In this document: piece after piece, positions 8,893 through 17,601 of the stretch | How positions within the stretch are numbered: position 1 is the stretch's first letter | How the letters are laid out: each line of letters begins with the position of its first letter | Assembly (NCBI GenBank): GCA_963720755.1 | Contig: CAVRGP010000006.1 | Coordinates: 128,001-192,000, forward strand | DNA: 64,000 bases | From: an uncultured Chloroflexia bacterium | GTDB taxonomy: Bacteria; Chloroflexota; Limnocylindria; Limnocylindrales; CSP1-4 | Direction: 5' to 3' | Made by a program: the position numbers and the translations under genes | Notes under the pieces: generated by a model | Database searches by the model: none | What the model was told of the DNA's origin: nothing | What the model saw: only the letters and a program-made list of their open reading frames with translations

Positions 8893-9948
8893 ATGTCGGA
8901 GAGACGTAGGGCCCGCACAGGCGGTCAGATGATCGCCCTCTTTGCCCTTAGCCTTGTTGTCATCGTCCTCCTCGTCGGTCTCGTGATCGACGGCGGAAAT
9001 GCCCTGGTCCAGCGACGGGACGCGCAGAACGCGTCCGACTTCGCGGCGATGGCTGGTGCGCGGGTTGTCGCGGTTAGGATCGGCGGAGACACCGCGAATG
9101 GGAGCGATTTCTATGTCAAGGACGCGATCATCGCGTCCGTCGCCGCCAACAAGGGAACGCCCATCGTCTTCGGTGCACCGAATGGCCCACGTTACGTGGA
9201 CGCCGCCGGCGCCGCATTGGCATATGTGGGCAACGGAACGCTTCCGCCGTCCGCTGTCGGCGTCAAGGTGTCATCGAGCCGAACATGGAAGCCCTACTTC
9301 CTCTCGATCGCCGGCTTCGGCGACTGGACCGCCACCGCCGACGCAACAGCGCGCGGCGGTTATGCGGCCGGTGGACCGGGTGGCGACGTCTTCCCTGCTG
9401 GGATCGCCCAAGCCTTCTTCGACGGGCGTCAACCTTGTTCCGGGCCAGTCAGCAACATTCCGTCGGATCCGTGCTATCCCGCCCACATGACGCCGGGGAC
9501 GCTCAATGTCCCCGGTGGCTTCGGATGGCTCAAGTTCGGTTGCTCCGGATATGGGCTCGGGCAGGGCCCCGCCGGCGGCTGCGCCAATTCAAAGCCGTTC
9601 CTTCAGAGCGAGATCGGGCCACCCGCGGATAGCTACGGCTGCTGCACGCAGGTCGGCCTCTCAGGCAGCGCGGACAAGATCGGCAACCTCCCTGGCAACA
9701 AGGCCAGCGCAGACTGCGACTACTACATCACCAACAAGATCGTCGTGACGGTGCCCGTCTGGGACGTTGCCGGGGGTACCGGATCGAACGCCTGGTACCA
9801 CATCGTCGGGTTCACGGGCTTCCAGATCACGGCGTGCCACGGCGGCAAGGACATCGAAGGCGTTTGGCGCGTGCCGTTCTTCCTCGGCCCGACCACGAGC
9901 ACACCCGGGTTTGCCGGTGCTCCGCTGGCCGTGCAGCTCATCCATTAG
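8893..9948 (+). CDS. TadG-like protein (Tad N-domain plus Cys-rich C-domain)
   Basis: GGQMIALFAL..LVIDGG..AQNASDFAAMAGA; C-terminal GGFGWL..VPVWD..YHIVGFTGF. Confidence 0.88.
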   Translation: MSERRRARTGGQMIALFALSLVVIVLLVGLVIDGGNALVQRRDAQNASDFAAMAGARVVAVRIGGDTANGSDFYVKDAIIASVAANKGTPIVFGAPNGPRYVDAAGAALAYVGNGTLPPSAVGVKVSSSRTWKPYFLSIAGFGDWTATADATARGGYAAGGPGGDVFPAGIAQAFFDGRQPCSGPVSNIPSDPCYPAHMTPGTLNVPGGFGWLKFGCSGYGLGQGPAGGCANSKPFLQSEIGPPADSYGCCTQVGLSGSADKIGNLPGNKASADCDYYITNKIVVTVPVWDVAGGTGSNAWYHIVGFTGFQITACHGGKDIEGVWRVPFFLGPTTSTPGFAGAPLAVQLIH

Positions 9949-9970
9949 ATCGGTACTCCCCTCGACCATC

Positions 9971-9997
9971 GGGCCGCGACGCAAGTCGCGGCCCTTT
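9971..9997 (+). terminator. Rho-independent terminator
   Basis: Perfect 10-bp stem GGGCCGCGAC-GCAA-GTCGCGGCCC followed by TTT, just after the Tad cluster. Confidence 0.7.
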
Positions 9998-10086
9998 CCC
10001 TCTCTGGCAGTTACCGGGCCGCGGTTCGATGGAGTCCGAGCCTGCACATGGTGAAGCGACCGCTGCGTACCCGTACAATCGTGACG

Positions 10087-10860
10087 ATGTCACCCAACGA
10101 GGCCGGACTGCCCGCGCCGGTCCCCCGTCTGTCCTGGTTCTTCCCGGCCCACAACGAGGAGGCCAACCTCGAGGGCTTGATCGCCGAGGCGCTCGAGACG
10201 CTGCCGAAGCTGGCCGAAACGTTCGAGATCATCGCGGTCGATGACGGGTCGACAGACCGGACGCCGGAGATCGCCGATGCGCTCGCCGCCGCGAACCAGG
10301 ACGTCGTTCGGGTCGTTCACCACCCGACGAACCTGGGCTATGGCGCGGCACTCCGATCAGGCTTCGGCGCCGCCCGCTACGAACTCGTGGCCTTCACCGA
10401 CGGCGATCGCCAGTTCCAGGTCATCGACATCGGCCGCTTGACCGAACGGATGGTCGAGGACGATCGGCCGGATGCCGTCGTCGGCTTCCGGATCAAGCGC
10501 GCGGACGCGCCGGTTCGGCTCGCCTACGCCCGGGCGTATCGGCTCGCCAATCGACTCTTCTTCGGGCTGCAGGTCACCGACGTCGATTGCGCGGCCAAGC
10601 TCTTCCGACGCGAGGCGCTCGAGGGGCTGCGGGTCGAATCGGACGGTGCGTTCTTCTCGGCCGAGATGATGATCAAGCTGCGCGCATCCGGCCGGACCGT
10701 GGTCGAGGTCGGTGTCCCTCACTACCCGAGGACGGCCGGATCAGCGACCGGTGCCAAGCCACAGGTCGTCTTCCGAGCGGTGCGCGACTTCTGGCGGTTG
10801 CGCCTGCACATGTGGGTGAATCGCTCGCGGGCGCTGCGTCGAGGCGCCCCGCTGGTCTGA
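10087..10860 (+). CDS. GT2 glycosyltransferase (DPM1/polyprenol-phosphate glycosyltransferase-like)
   Basis: PAHNEE, VDDGSTDRT, NLGYGAA, FTDGD, TDVDCAAK; TACAAT 7 nt before ATG 10087. Confidence 0.9.
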   Translation: MSPNEAGLPAPVPRLSWFFPAHNEEANLEGLIAEALETLPKLAETFEIIAVDDGSTDRTPEIADALAAANQDVVRVVHHPTNLGYGAALRSGFGAARYELVAFTDGDRQFQVIDIGRLTERMVEDDRPDAVVGFRIKRADAPVRLAYARAYRLANRLFFGLQVTDVDCAAKLFRREALEGLRVESDGAFFSAEMMIKLRASGRTVVEVGVPHYPRTAGSATGAKPQVVFRAVRDFWRLRLHMWVNRSRALRRGAPLV

Positions 10861-10927
10861 GGGCGGTCGGCCGCCGGCGCCCACCAGGCCCGGCGTCTGG
10901 ACGGTCGGCCCGCCGACGCCGAGCCGG

Positions 10928-11680
10928 TCAGCCGCCGATCGTCGTCTCGAAGCCGGGGTCGACGAGCTCGACAGTGCCGCCGTCGTATCGCGCGATGACG
11001 CTGTCGATCGTCTCGCGCCGGTCGAAGCCCATCTGGATATGGGTCAACAGGACGCGCCCCGCACCCGACCGCCTGGCCAGCTCGCCGACCTCTGGCCCAT
11101 CGAGATGCCATGCGCCCTCCACGGCCGGCCCGGGTCCGAACGAGACTTCGGAGAGGAGCGTGTCCCCCGGCCGGATGAGTTGGTCGAGGTCCTCGGCACG
11201 ACCGCAATCGCCGGAATAGACGATTCCCGCTTCGCCGCTCGGAAGTCCGACGCGGAAGGCATAGCTGGAGTCCGTATGCGCGACCCTGGCGGCCTCGATC
11301 TCGAACGGACCGATCTCCAGCCGGCCGGGGGCCAGATCCTCGATGTCCAGGGCGGCGTCGGCGAAGCCGGGCTCGTCGTGGAGTCCGTCGAGCTTGCCGG
11401 CCAACCCGGCCGGTCCGACGACACGGACGCGGCGACGCGGTTCCTCCCAGCGAAGGTACAGCCGAAGCGGGATGAGGTCGATGAAATGGTCGGGATGAAG
11501 GTGGCTGATGAGGATGGCATCGAGGTCGGCCGGATCGAGGAGGTTGGCCAGGCGTGGGAAGGAGCCCTGACCGAGATCCAGCAGGACGGCACCGTCGCGG
11601 TGGCGGATGAGGTAGGCGGCCCCGGTCGAACCCGGCCGGTCCGTGTAGGCGGGACCGGCGCCGACCACGGTGAGCCGCAT
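10928..11680 (-). CDS. MBL-fold metallo-hydrolase (RNase Z/cAMP phosphodiesterase-like)
   Basis: MRLTVVG, LLDLG, SHLHPDH, YSGD, LLTH. Confidence 0.88.
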   Translation of the reverse strand: MRLTVVGAGPAYTDRPGSTGAAYLIRHRDGAVLLDLGQGSFPRLANLLDPADLDAILISHLHPDHFIDLIPLRLYLRWEEPRRRVRVVGPAGLAGKLDGLHDEPGFADAALDIEDLAPGRLEIGPFEIEAARVAHTDSSYAFRVGLPSGEAGIVYSGDCGRAEDLDQLIRPGDTLLSEVSFGPGPAVEGAWHLDGPEVGELARRSGAGRVLLTHIQMGFDRRETIDSVIARYDGGTVELVDPGFETTIGG

Positions 11681-11818
11681 CCGGTCGTCACCATGGCCAC
11701 CCGTCACGGCGTCATCAAGGTCCACATCATCCTCTAGCTGTCGGCATCGGCATGGTGCCACGATTGGGCTCGCGAGGGTCGGCCGTCGCTACATCGGCCG
11801 CGGCGTGCCGGGCATCGG

Positions 11819-12679
11819 CTATGGGGTGCCGGGCATCGGTACGGCGACACGTGCCTCGCGCGGTCCGCGCCGGAAGGTGAGTTCCGAGAAGCCGGAATCG
11901 GCTGCGATCGCGTAGCCCTGGTCGAGCCCCCAATTGGCGTTCTTCGCCCGGTGCGCGTCGGAGCCCACCGTCACGGCACGCCCGCCCAGCTCCCGGAACC
12001 TGGCCACGATGGCCGGGTATGGGAACGGGGCCGCGATCGCGTACCGAAGCCCGCTGGTATTGACCTCCAGGGCCGTGCCACTTTCGACGAGGGCCCGCAG
12101 GATCGGCTCGTACAGCTCCGGGGCCGCCTCGAAGGCGGTCGGCAAGACATGCGGGAAGAGGTACCGCTTTACCACGTCGATGTGCCCGATGGCATCGAAC
12201 AGGCCCGACCTGGCGGCCGCTTCGACCTCGTCGAACGATGGCGCAACGATCTCCGCAAGCGAGCGACCGGCCACGAATCCTGCGACCTGCCCGGCCGAAT
12301 ACGGTCCCGTGACCCGATCGTGGACGGATCCGATCGTGAAGTCGTAGGCGTGGTGCGCGAGGTGGTCGCGGATGTCGGCCTCCCACGCTCGGTCGTAGGT
12401 CAGTTCGACACCGAACCGGATGAGGACCCCTTGCGGCCCCCAGCGCTCGGCGGCATCGCGGACCACACGCTCTCGATCCTCGAACGTCGTGTAGCCGAAG
12501 GCCGGCGCCCCGGGCTCGAAATCCACGTGGTCGGTGATGGCGATCTCGGCGATGCCACGCTCGAGCGCGCCCGCCGCATACACGTCGATCGGGACGTTGC
12601 TGTCGGGCGACAGGTCCGTGTGCATATGCGCGTCGAGCGGCAGGTCCCGGGGCAGTCGATCGATCATCGGAGTTGCCAC
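11819..12679 (-). CDS. PHP-family histidinol-phosphatase (HisJ/HisK family)
   Basis: DAHMHT, ITDH, GVE, IGSVH, GHID, EVNTSG, GSDAH. Confidence 0.85.
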   Translation of the reverse strand: MATPMIDRLPRDLPLDAHMHTDLSPDSNVPIDVYAAGALERGIAEIAITDHVDFEPGAPAFGYTTFEDRERVVRDAAERWGPQGVLIRFGVELTYDRAWEADIRDHLAHHAYDFTIGSVHDRVTGPYSAGQVAGFVAGRSLAEIVAPSFDEVEAAARSGLFDAIGHIDVVKRYLFPHVLPTAFEAAPELYEPILRALVESGTALEVNTSGLRYAIAAPFPYPAIVARFRELGGRAVTVGSDAHRAKNANWGLDQGYAIAADSGFSELTFRRGPREARVAVPMPGTP

Positions 12680-12723
12680 GCCGGGCGGCGTGCGAGGCTC
12701 GCTGATGCGGGCACGTCGCTCGA

Positions 12724-12890
12724 TGATGCTTGAATCGGGGCATCTTCCACGGCGTCCGTGTCGGTATGCGTGTAGGCGGCATACCGGTGGGGGCCGGCAG
12801 GTGCCGAGTGGGCCGATCGCCCGCCCGGAATATGCCGCCTACGGGCATCGGGAACGTGGACGGCTCCAGACGCCCCGGATTCAAGCATCA
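12724..12890. repeat. Long imperfect palindrome (element C)
   Basis: TGATGCTTGAATC (12724-36) / GATTCAAGCATCA (12878-90) and GTAGGCGGCATA (12772-83) / TATGCCGCCTAC (12831-42) are perfect nested inverted repeats. Confidence 0.85.
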
Positions 12891-12968
12891 AGGGCGGCCC
12901 CGCCAGGGCCCCGCCAGGGACAAGGCCACCCTGCGGACAGGGCCCCACTGCTGGGGACAGGGCGCCCC

Positions 12969-14189
12969 TCAACCGGCGATCAGACCAAGCTCGCGACCGA
13001 CCCGGTCGAACGCGGCGAGGGCGAGATCGAGCTGCTCATCGCTATGGGCCGCCGACACAATCGTGCGGATGCGCGCCTTGTCGATGGCGACGGTCGGGAA
13101 GACGACGGGCTGAGCGAAGACGCCCTCCGCGAGCAATCGATCGCTGAACCGGCCGGCGGTATCGGGGTCGCCCATCATCACCGGCGTGATCGGGGTCTCG
13201 GACCGACCGGTATCGAACCCGAGCCGCGTCAACTCCGCCTTGAACCGCCGGGTGTTCGCCCACAGGCGCTCCTGCAACTCCGGCTCGTCCTGCATCACCC
13301 GGATCGCCTCGCGGCAGGACGCGACCACGGACGGCGGGTGCGACGTGGAGAACAGGAACGGGCGGGCACGCTGGGTCAGGATCTCGCGCAGCGCTCTCGA
13401 CCCCGCCACATAGCCACCCAGCGAACCGACCGCTTTGGACAGGGTGCCGACCTGGATCGCCACCCGGCCGTGCAGCCCGAAGTGGTCGACCGTGCCACGA
13501 CCGTCCCGCCCGAGGACGCCGGACGCATGGGCGTCATCGACCATGACGGCCGCGCCGAACGCCTCGGCCGCCTCGACGATCCCGGGGAGTGGCGCGATGT
13601 CGCCATCCATGGAGAACACACCGTCGGTGACGACGAGGATCAGGCGATGCTCGCCACCACCCGGGCGCCCATCCCGCCGAGCGCGCTCGAGGACCTCGCG
13701 GAGCCCCGCCACATCGCCGTGGGGGTAGATCTCGCGCGGCGCCTTGGACAACCGCATGCCATCGATGATCGAAGCGTGGTTGAGCGCATCCGACACGATC
13801 AGGTCCGTCTCGCCGGTCACCGCCGGGATCACCCCGGTGTTGGCGGTGAAGCCGGACTGGAACGTCAGCACGGCCGGCGTCCCCTTGAACTCGGCCAGCT
13901 CCGCCTCGAGCGCCTCGTGCATCGACATCGTCCCGGCGATCGTCCGGACCGCCCCGGAACCGACGCCGAAGTCCTCGACCGCCTGGAGGGCCGCGGCCCG
14001 GATCCGCGGGTGGTGGGTGAGCCCGAGATAGTCGTTCGATGACAGGCTGACCAGGCGCTGCCCGTCGACCGAGACGATCGGCCCCTGGGCGGACGACATG
14101 ACCCGAAGCGCCCGATACAGGTGTCGCTCACGCAGAGCGGCGACCTCGTCGTCCAGGAAGGCGAGCGGGTCCGGCCGCCCGGGGCTCAT
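12969..14189 (-). CDS. kbl: Glycine C-acetyltransferase (2-amino-3-ketobutyrate CoA ligase)
   Basis: SNDYLGL, DALNHASIIDG, DGVFSMDGD, DDAHA, GTLSKA; directly downstream of tdh. Confidence 0.9.
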   Translation of the reverse strand: MSPGRPDPLAFLDDEVAALRERHLYRALRVMSSAQGPIVSVDGQRLVSLSSNDYLGLTHHPRIRAAALQAVEDFGVGSGAVRTIAGTMSMHEALEAELAEFKGTPAVLTFQSGFTANTGVIPAVTGETDLIVSDALNHASIIDGMRLSKAPREIYPHGDVAGLREVLERARRDGRPGGGEHRLILVVTDGVFSMDGDIAPLPGIVEAAEAFGAAVMVDDAHASGVLGRDGRGTVDHFGLHGRVAIQVGTLSKAVGSLGGYVAGSRALREILTQRARPFLFSTSHPPSVVASCREAIRVMQDEPELQERLWANTRRFKAELTRLGFDTGRSETPITPVMMGDPDTAGRFSDRLLAEGVFAQPVVFPTVAIDKARIRTIVSAAHSDEQLDLALAAFDRVGRELGLIAG

Positions 14190-15214
14190 GACGTCCAGTC
14201 CATGACGACCTTGCCCGAATCGCCGGAGCGCGCGGCGGCGAAAGCCGCCTGGAACTCACGGAAGCCGAACCGGTGGGTGATCGCCGGCGTGATATCGAGC
14301 CCGGACTGGAGCATGACCGTCATCTTGTACCAAGTTTCGTACATCTCGCGACCGTAGATACCGCGCACGGTCAGCATCTTGAACACGATCGCATTGACGT
14401 CCAGGGCGATGTCCCCTGTCGGGATGCCCAGGATCGCGACGCCGCCACCGTGGGCCATCGAGTCGATGGCGGCCCGAAGGGCACTGGCGTTGCCGGACAT
14501 CTCGAGGGCGATGTCGAACCCCTCGACCATGTCGAGCTCGGCGAAGACGTCAGCCAGGGTCCGTTCGCGCGGATCGATCGCGATCGTGGCCCCCATCTGC
14601 ATCGCCAGGCCTCGGCGGTAGGCGTTCGGTTCACTGACGACGACGTGGCGTGCTCCCGCGTGGCGGGCGACCGCGGTCGCCATCAGCCCGATCGGCCCCG
14701 CGCCGGACACCAGCACGTCCTCGCCCAGGACCGGGAAGGCGAGCGCCGTATGGACGGCATTGCCGAACGGATCGAAGATCGCCGCGACCTCCTCGTCGAT
14801 GCCCGGCCAGTGGCTCCAGACGTTGGTCATCGGCAGGGCGACGTACTCGGCGAAGGCGCCGTCTCGACCGACCCCCAGCCCGATCGTGTGGGCGCACAAC
14901 TGTCGCCGGCCGGCCAGGCAGTGACGGCAGCGCCCACAGACGACGTGACCCTCGCCGGACACGATCTCGCCCGGCCGGAACCCCACGACATTGGACCCGA
15001 CCTCGACGATCTCGCCGACGAACTCGTGGCCGACGACGAGCGGTGGCACGATCGTCTTGGCTGCCCACGGGTCCCACGACTCGATGTGGAGGTCCGTTCC
15101 GCAGATGCCCGTCTTATGGACCCGGATGAGGACGTCGTTGATTCCGACCGCCGGCATCGGGACCTCGCGCAGGTCCAGACCAGGTCCCGGACCGGTCTTG
15201 ACCAGGGCAAGCAT
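14186..15214 (-). CDS. tdh: L-threonine 3-dehydrogenase
   Basis: GICGTDLH, GHEFVG, SGEGHVVCGRCRHC, DPFGNAVHT, GIYGREMYETWY. Confidence 0.95.
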   Translation of the reverse strand: MLALVKTGPGPGLDLREVPMPAVGINDVLIRVHKTGICGTDLHIESWDPWAAKTIVPPLVVGHEFVGEIVEVGSNVVGFRPGEIVSGEGHVVCGRCRHCLAGRRQLCAHTIGLGVGRDGAFAEYVALPMTNVWSHWPGIDEEVAAIFDPFGNAVHTALAFPVLGEDVLVSGAGPIGLMATAVARHAGARHVVVSEPNAYRRGLAMQMGATIAIDPRERTLADVFAELDMVEGFDIALEMSGNASALRAAIDSMAHGGGVAILGIPTGDIALDVNAIVFKMLTVRGIYGREMYETWYKMTVMLQSGLDITPAITHRFGFREFQAAFAAARSGDSGKVVMDWTS

Positions 15215-15225
15215 CGTCGGCCGGC

Positions 15226-16191
15226 TCAGCGTTCGCCGAGGATGTCGTCGAGATCGACGTCGGCTGCAGCGCCTTCGAACGCGTCCTCGACATCGAACCA
15301 GTCGACGATCGGGTTCTCCACCGCACCGATCCCCTCGATCGCGCACCGTGCCCGATCGCCCGGCACGAGGAAGACCGGCGGGTCGCGGTAGACCCCGACG
15401 CCCGATGGCGTCCCGGTGGCGATGATGTCGCCTGGCTCGAGGGTGATCGAGCGGCTGATGAATTCGATGAGTTCGGCCACGGTCCAGATCATGTCGGCGG
15501 TCGTGCTGTCCTGCATGAGGATCTCACCCCCGTCATCCGGGCCGGAACCCGGGATCCGCCAGGATCGCAGGCGCAGGGCCTGCGGATCGGGGATCTCGTC
15601 CGCGCTGACGAAGACCGGGCCCATCGGCAGGAACGTATCCGACCCCTTGGCTCGAAGCCACTGGCCGTCGCCGACCTCGCCCTCGGCCAGCGCCGCCGGC
15701 ACGCCCTGCCAATCGCGGGCGCTCACGTCGTTGACCACCACGTACCCGGCGACGTGGTCGAGGGCGTCCTCGCGGGAGACCCGCTGGGCCAGCGTCCCGA
15801 TCACGACCCCGAGTTCGACCTCCAGGTCGAGGGCTCGGGTGCCTTCCGGGCGGACGATCGCCTCGCCGTCCGCGATGATCGCATTGCTGAACTTCGAGAA
15901 CAGGAGCGGCCGCTTCGGCATCGGCCGACCGCCTTCCGCGGCATGCGCCCGGTAGTTGAGACCGACGCAGACGATCTTGCCCGGATCCGGGATCGGGGCG
16001 ATGACGTCGACGTCATCGAGCGACATCCCGGCCGCTCCCTCGAGCGCCTCGGCGCGAACGGCGAGCTCGCCGAGGGCCAGGGGGTCGAGCTCCACCCCGG
16101 TCAGGAACCCCTCCATGATCGGAACGAGCCGGTCGCCGACCAGCAGCGCCGTGCCGGCGTCATCGGGACCGAGGTACGAGACGAGACGCAT
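15226..16191 (-). CDS. Fumarylacetoacetate hydrolase family protein
   Basis: KIVCVGLNY, EVEL, NDVSARD, AKGSDT, GDIIATGTPSGVG. Confidence 0.93.
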   Translation of the reverse strand: MRLVSYLGPDDAGTALLVGDRLVPIMEGFLTGVELDPLALGELAVRAEALEGAAGMSLDDVDVIAPIPDPGKIVCVGLNYRAHAAEGGRPMPKRPLLFSKFSNAIIADGEAIVRPEGTRALDLEVELGVVIGTLAQRVSREDALDHVAGYVVVNDVSARDWQGVPAALAEGEVGDGQWLRAKGSDTFLPMGPVFVSADEIPDPQALRLRSWRIPGSGPDDGGEILMQDSTTADMIWTVAELIEFISRSITLEPGDIIATGTPSGVGVYRDPPVFLVPGDRARCAIEGIGAVENPIVDWFDVEDAFEGAAADVDLDDILGER

Positions 16192-16198
16192 CGATCGG

Positions 16199-17035
16199 CT
16201 ACTGCGTCATGGCCGACGCGCTCGGGTTCGGGTCGTTCGGCGTCGGGCAGAGTTTCTCGGTGTTGGTGATGCCGCCCCACTGGTTCCAGAACGCGGTGAT
16301 CTCTGCGGCATCGAAGGCCTGGAGCGGCAGGACCCGGCCCCAGACCAGTGCCTGGAACGGCGTGCTCATGTCGTCGAACCGGGCGATCACCGGGCCGCAA
16401 TCGGCGACCGGCGGAAAGCCCTCCCAGAACGCCTTGAGCTGGGCCTGGCCCTCGGCCGTCGCGCCGGCGCTGCTGCCCTGGTAGAGGATGACGAGGCCGC
16501 CGTGCTCGAGGTTGTGGATCCAACCTTGCGGGATGACATTGTCGCTCGGCCCGTACACCCGAGCCGCGATCGGCCCCTGGCCAGCGACGTTGATGTGCTT
16601 GCCGGAGGCCGGCGCGCAATAGGTATAGGTGACCTTCGCGCCGGGTGCGACGTGGTCGTGGCCCATGTCGGGCTGGACATAGCCGAGGTCGGGCGTCGCG
16701 CCGGGCGCCGGCGAGGCCGTCGCCTCTGGGGTCCAGATCGTCGAACAGGCGTAGGCCGGCTGCGCGGCCGAGGTGAACACGAAGAGCGACAGGAGCGCCA
16801 CCCCGGCCAGGGCGGCAACGACCACGATCGCGGTCCGATAGCGCTCCAGGAAGGTCGGCTGCTGCGTCGTGCGCTGGCGCTCGCGGCGGCCCGCCCGGGT
16901 CGATGACGGACGCGTGGTCGCGGCACCGGCCGCGGACGCGGACCCGGCCGGAGTGGCGGCCGCGGACCCGGCCGAGGCCGGATTGCTCGTTGTCGGACTG
17001 CCGGGTTGCTGGCGCCGGCGGCTGGCTTTGGTCAC
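16199..17035 (-). CDS. DUF3105-like membrane-anchored protein
   Basis: One TM segment; H..Y...PASGKH; IHNLEHG; ALVWG. Confidence 0.8.
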   Translation of the reverse strand: MTKASRRRQQPGSPTTSNPASAGSAAATPAGSASAAGAATTRPSSTRAGRRERQRTTQQPTFLERYRTAIVVVAALAGVALLSLFVFTSAAQPAYACSTIWTPEATASPAPGATPDLGYVQPDMGHDHVAPGAKVTYTYCAPASGKHINVAGQGPIAARVYGPSDNVIPQGWIHNLEHGGLVILYQGSSAGATAEGQAQLKAFWEGFPPVADCGPVIARFDDMSTPFQALVWGRVLPLQAFDAAEITAFWNQWGGITNTEKLCPTPNDPNPSASAMTQ

Positions 17036-17132
17036 GTGGTTGCCTCATTGGATGCGCGAGGGATGGCGGCGCGCGATGGCTGCGCGCACACGGAGGGTAC
17101 CGTCCCGGCCGCCATCGCGGGCCCGAACGGGT

Positions 17133-17504
17133 TCATGGCTCGTCCAGGTAGGTCCGGACTTCCGGCCGAAGCAAGCCCCGGAACAAGGCCAGGCTGAACG
17201 TGGCCACGAAGATCGCCTCGACGATCAGGCGGCTCAGGGCGAGCAACGGGATCAGCGGGATCGTCAGGGTGGCGAGGCCCAGGGCAAGCCCCCGGGCTGC
17301 CTGCTTGCGCTGCAGGACGAGGGTGGTGGTGAAGATCGTGTAGGCGAGCAACGCCATGACCACGATGCCCTCGAAGCTGACCGGCGCCGAGATCGCGAGG
17401 TCCACCACGGATCGCATGCTGATCCCGATCCCGGCCAGGATCAGGAACGCATAGACGAGATAGAGGCGGATGCCACCGGGCATGGCGCGGATGCGAGCGA
17501 TCAT
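17133..17504 (-). CDS. Small hypothetical membrane protein (about 4 TM)
   Basis: Hydrophobic ORF ending RPEVRTYL; start uncertain. Confidence 0.7.
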   Translation of the reverse strand: MIARIRAMPGGIRLYLVYAFLILAGIGISMRSVVDLAISAPVSFEGIVVMALLAYTIFTTTLVLQRKQAARGLALGLATLTIPLIPLLALSRLIVEAIFVATFSLALFRGLLRPEVRTYLDEP

Positions 17505-17601
17505 CGGGCATGCATCGTACCGGAGCCGGAGGATCGGGGCCCGCGCGAGGATCGGGGTCGCGGTTTGATTCGGGGCCTTCGTGCCGGTAACGTCCTCGAC
17601 C

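Noticed and set aside
11681-11765. Fluoride riboswitch or uORF MMWTLMTP (11704-11730, minus) upstream of the MBL gene
   Set aside because: TGATGACGCC resembles the riboswitch 3' end but the P1/pseudoknot partners do not fit; the uORF SD is too close to its start
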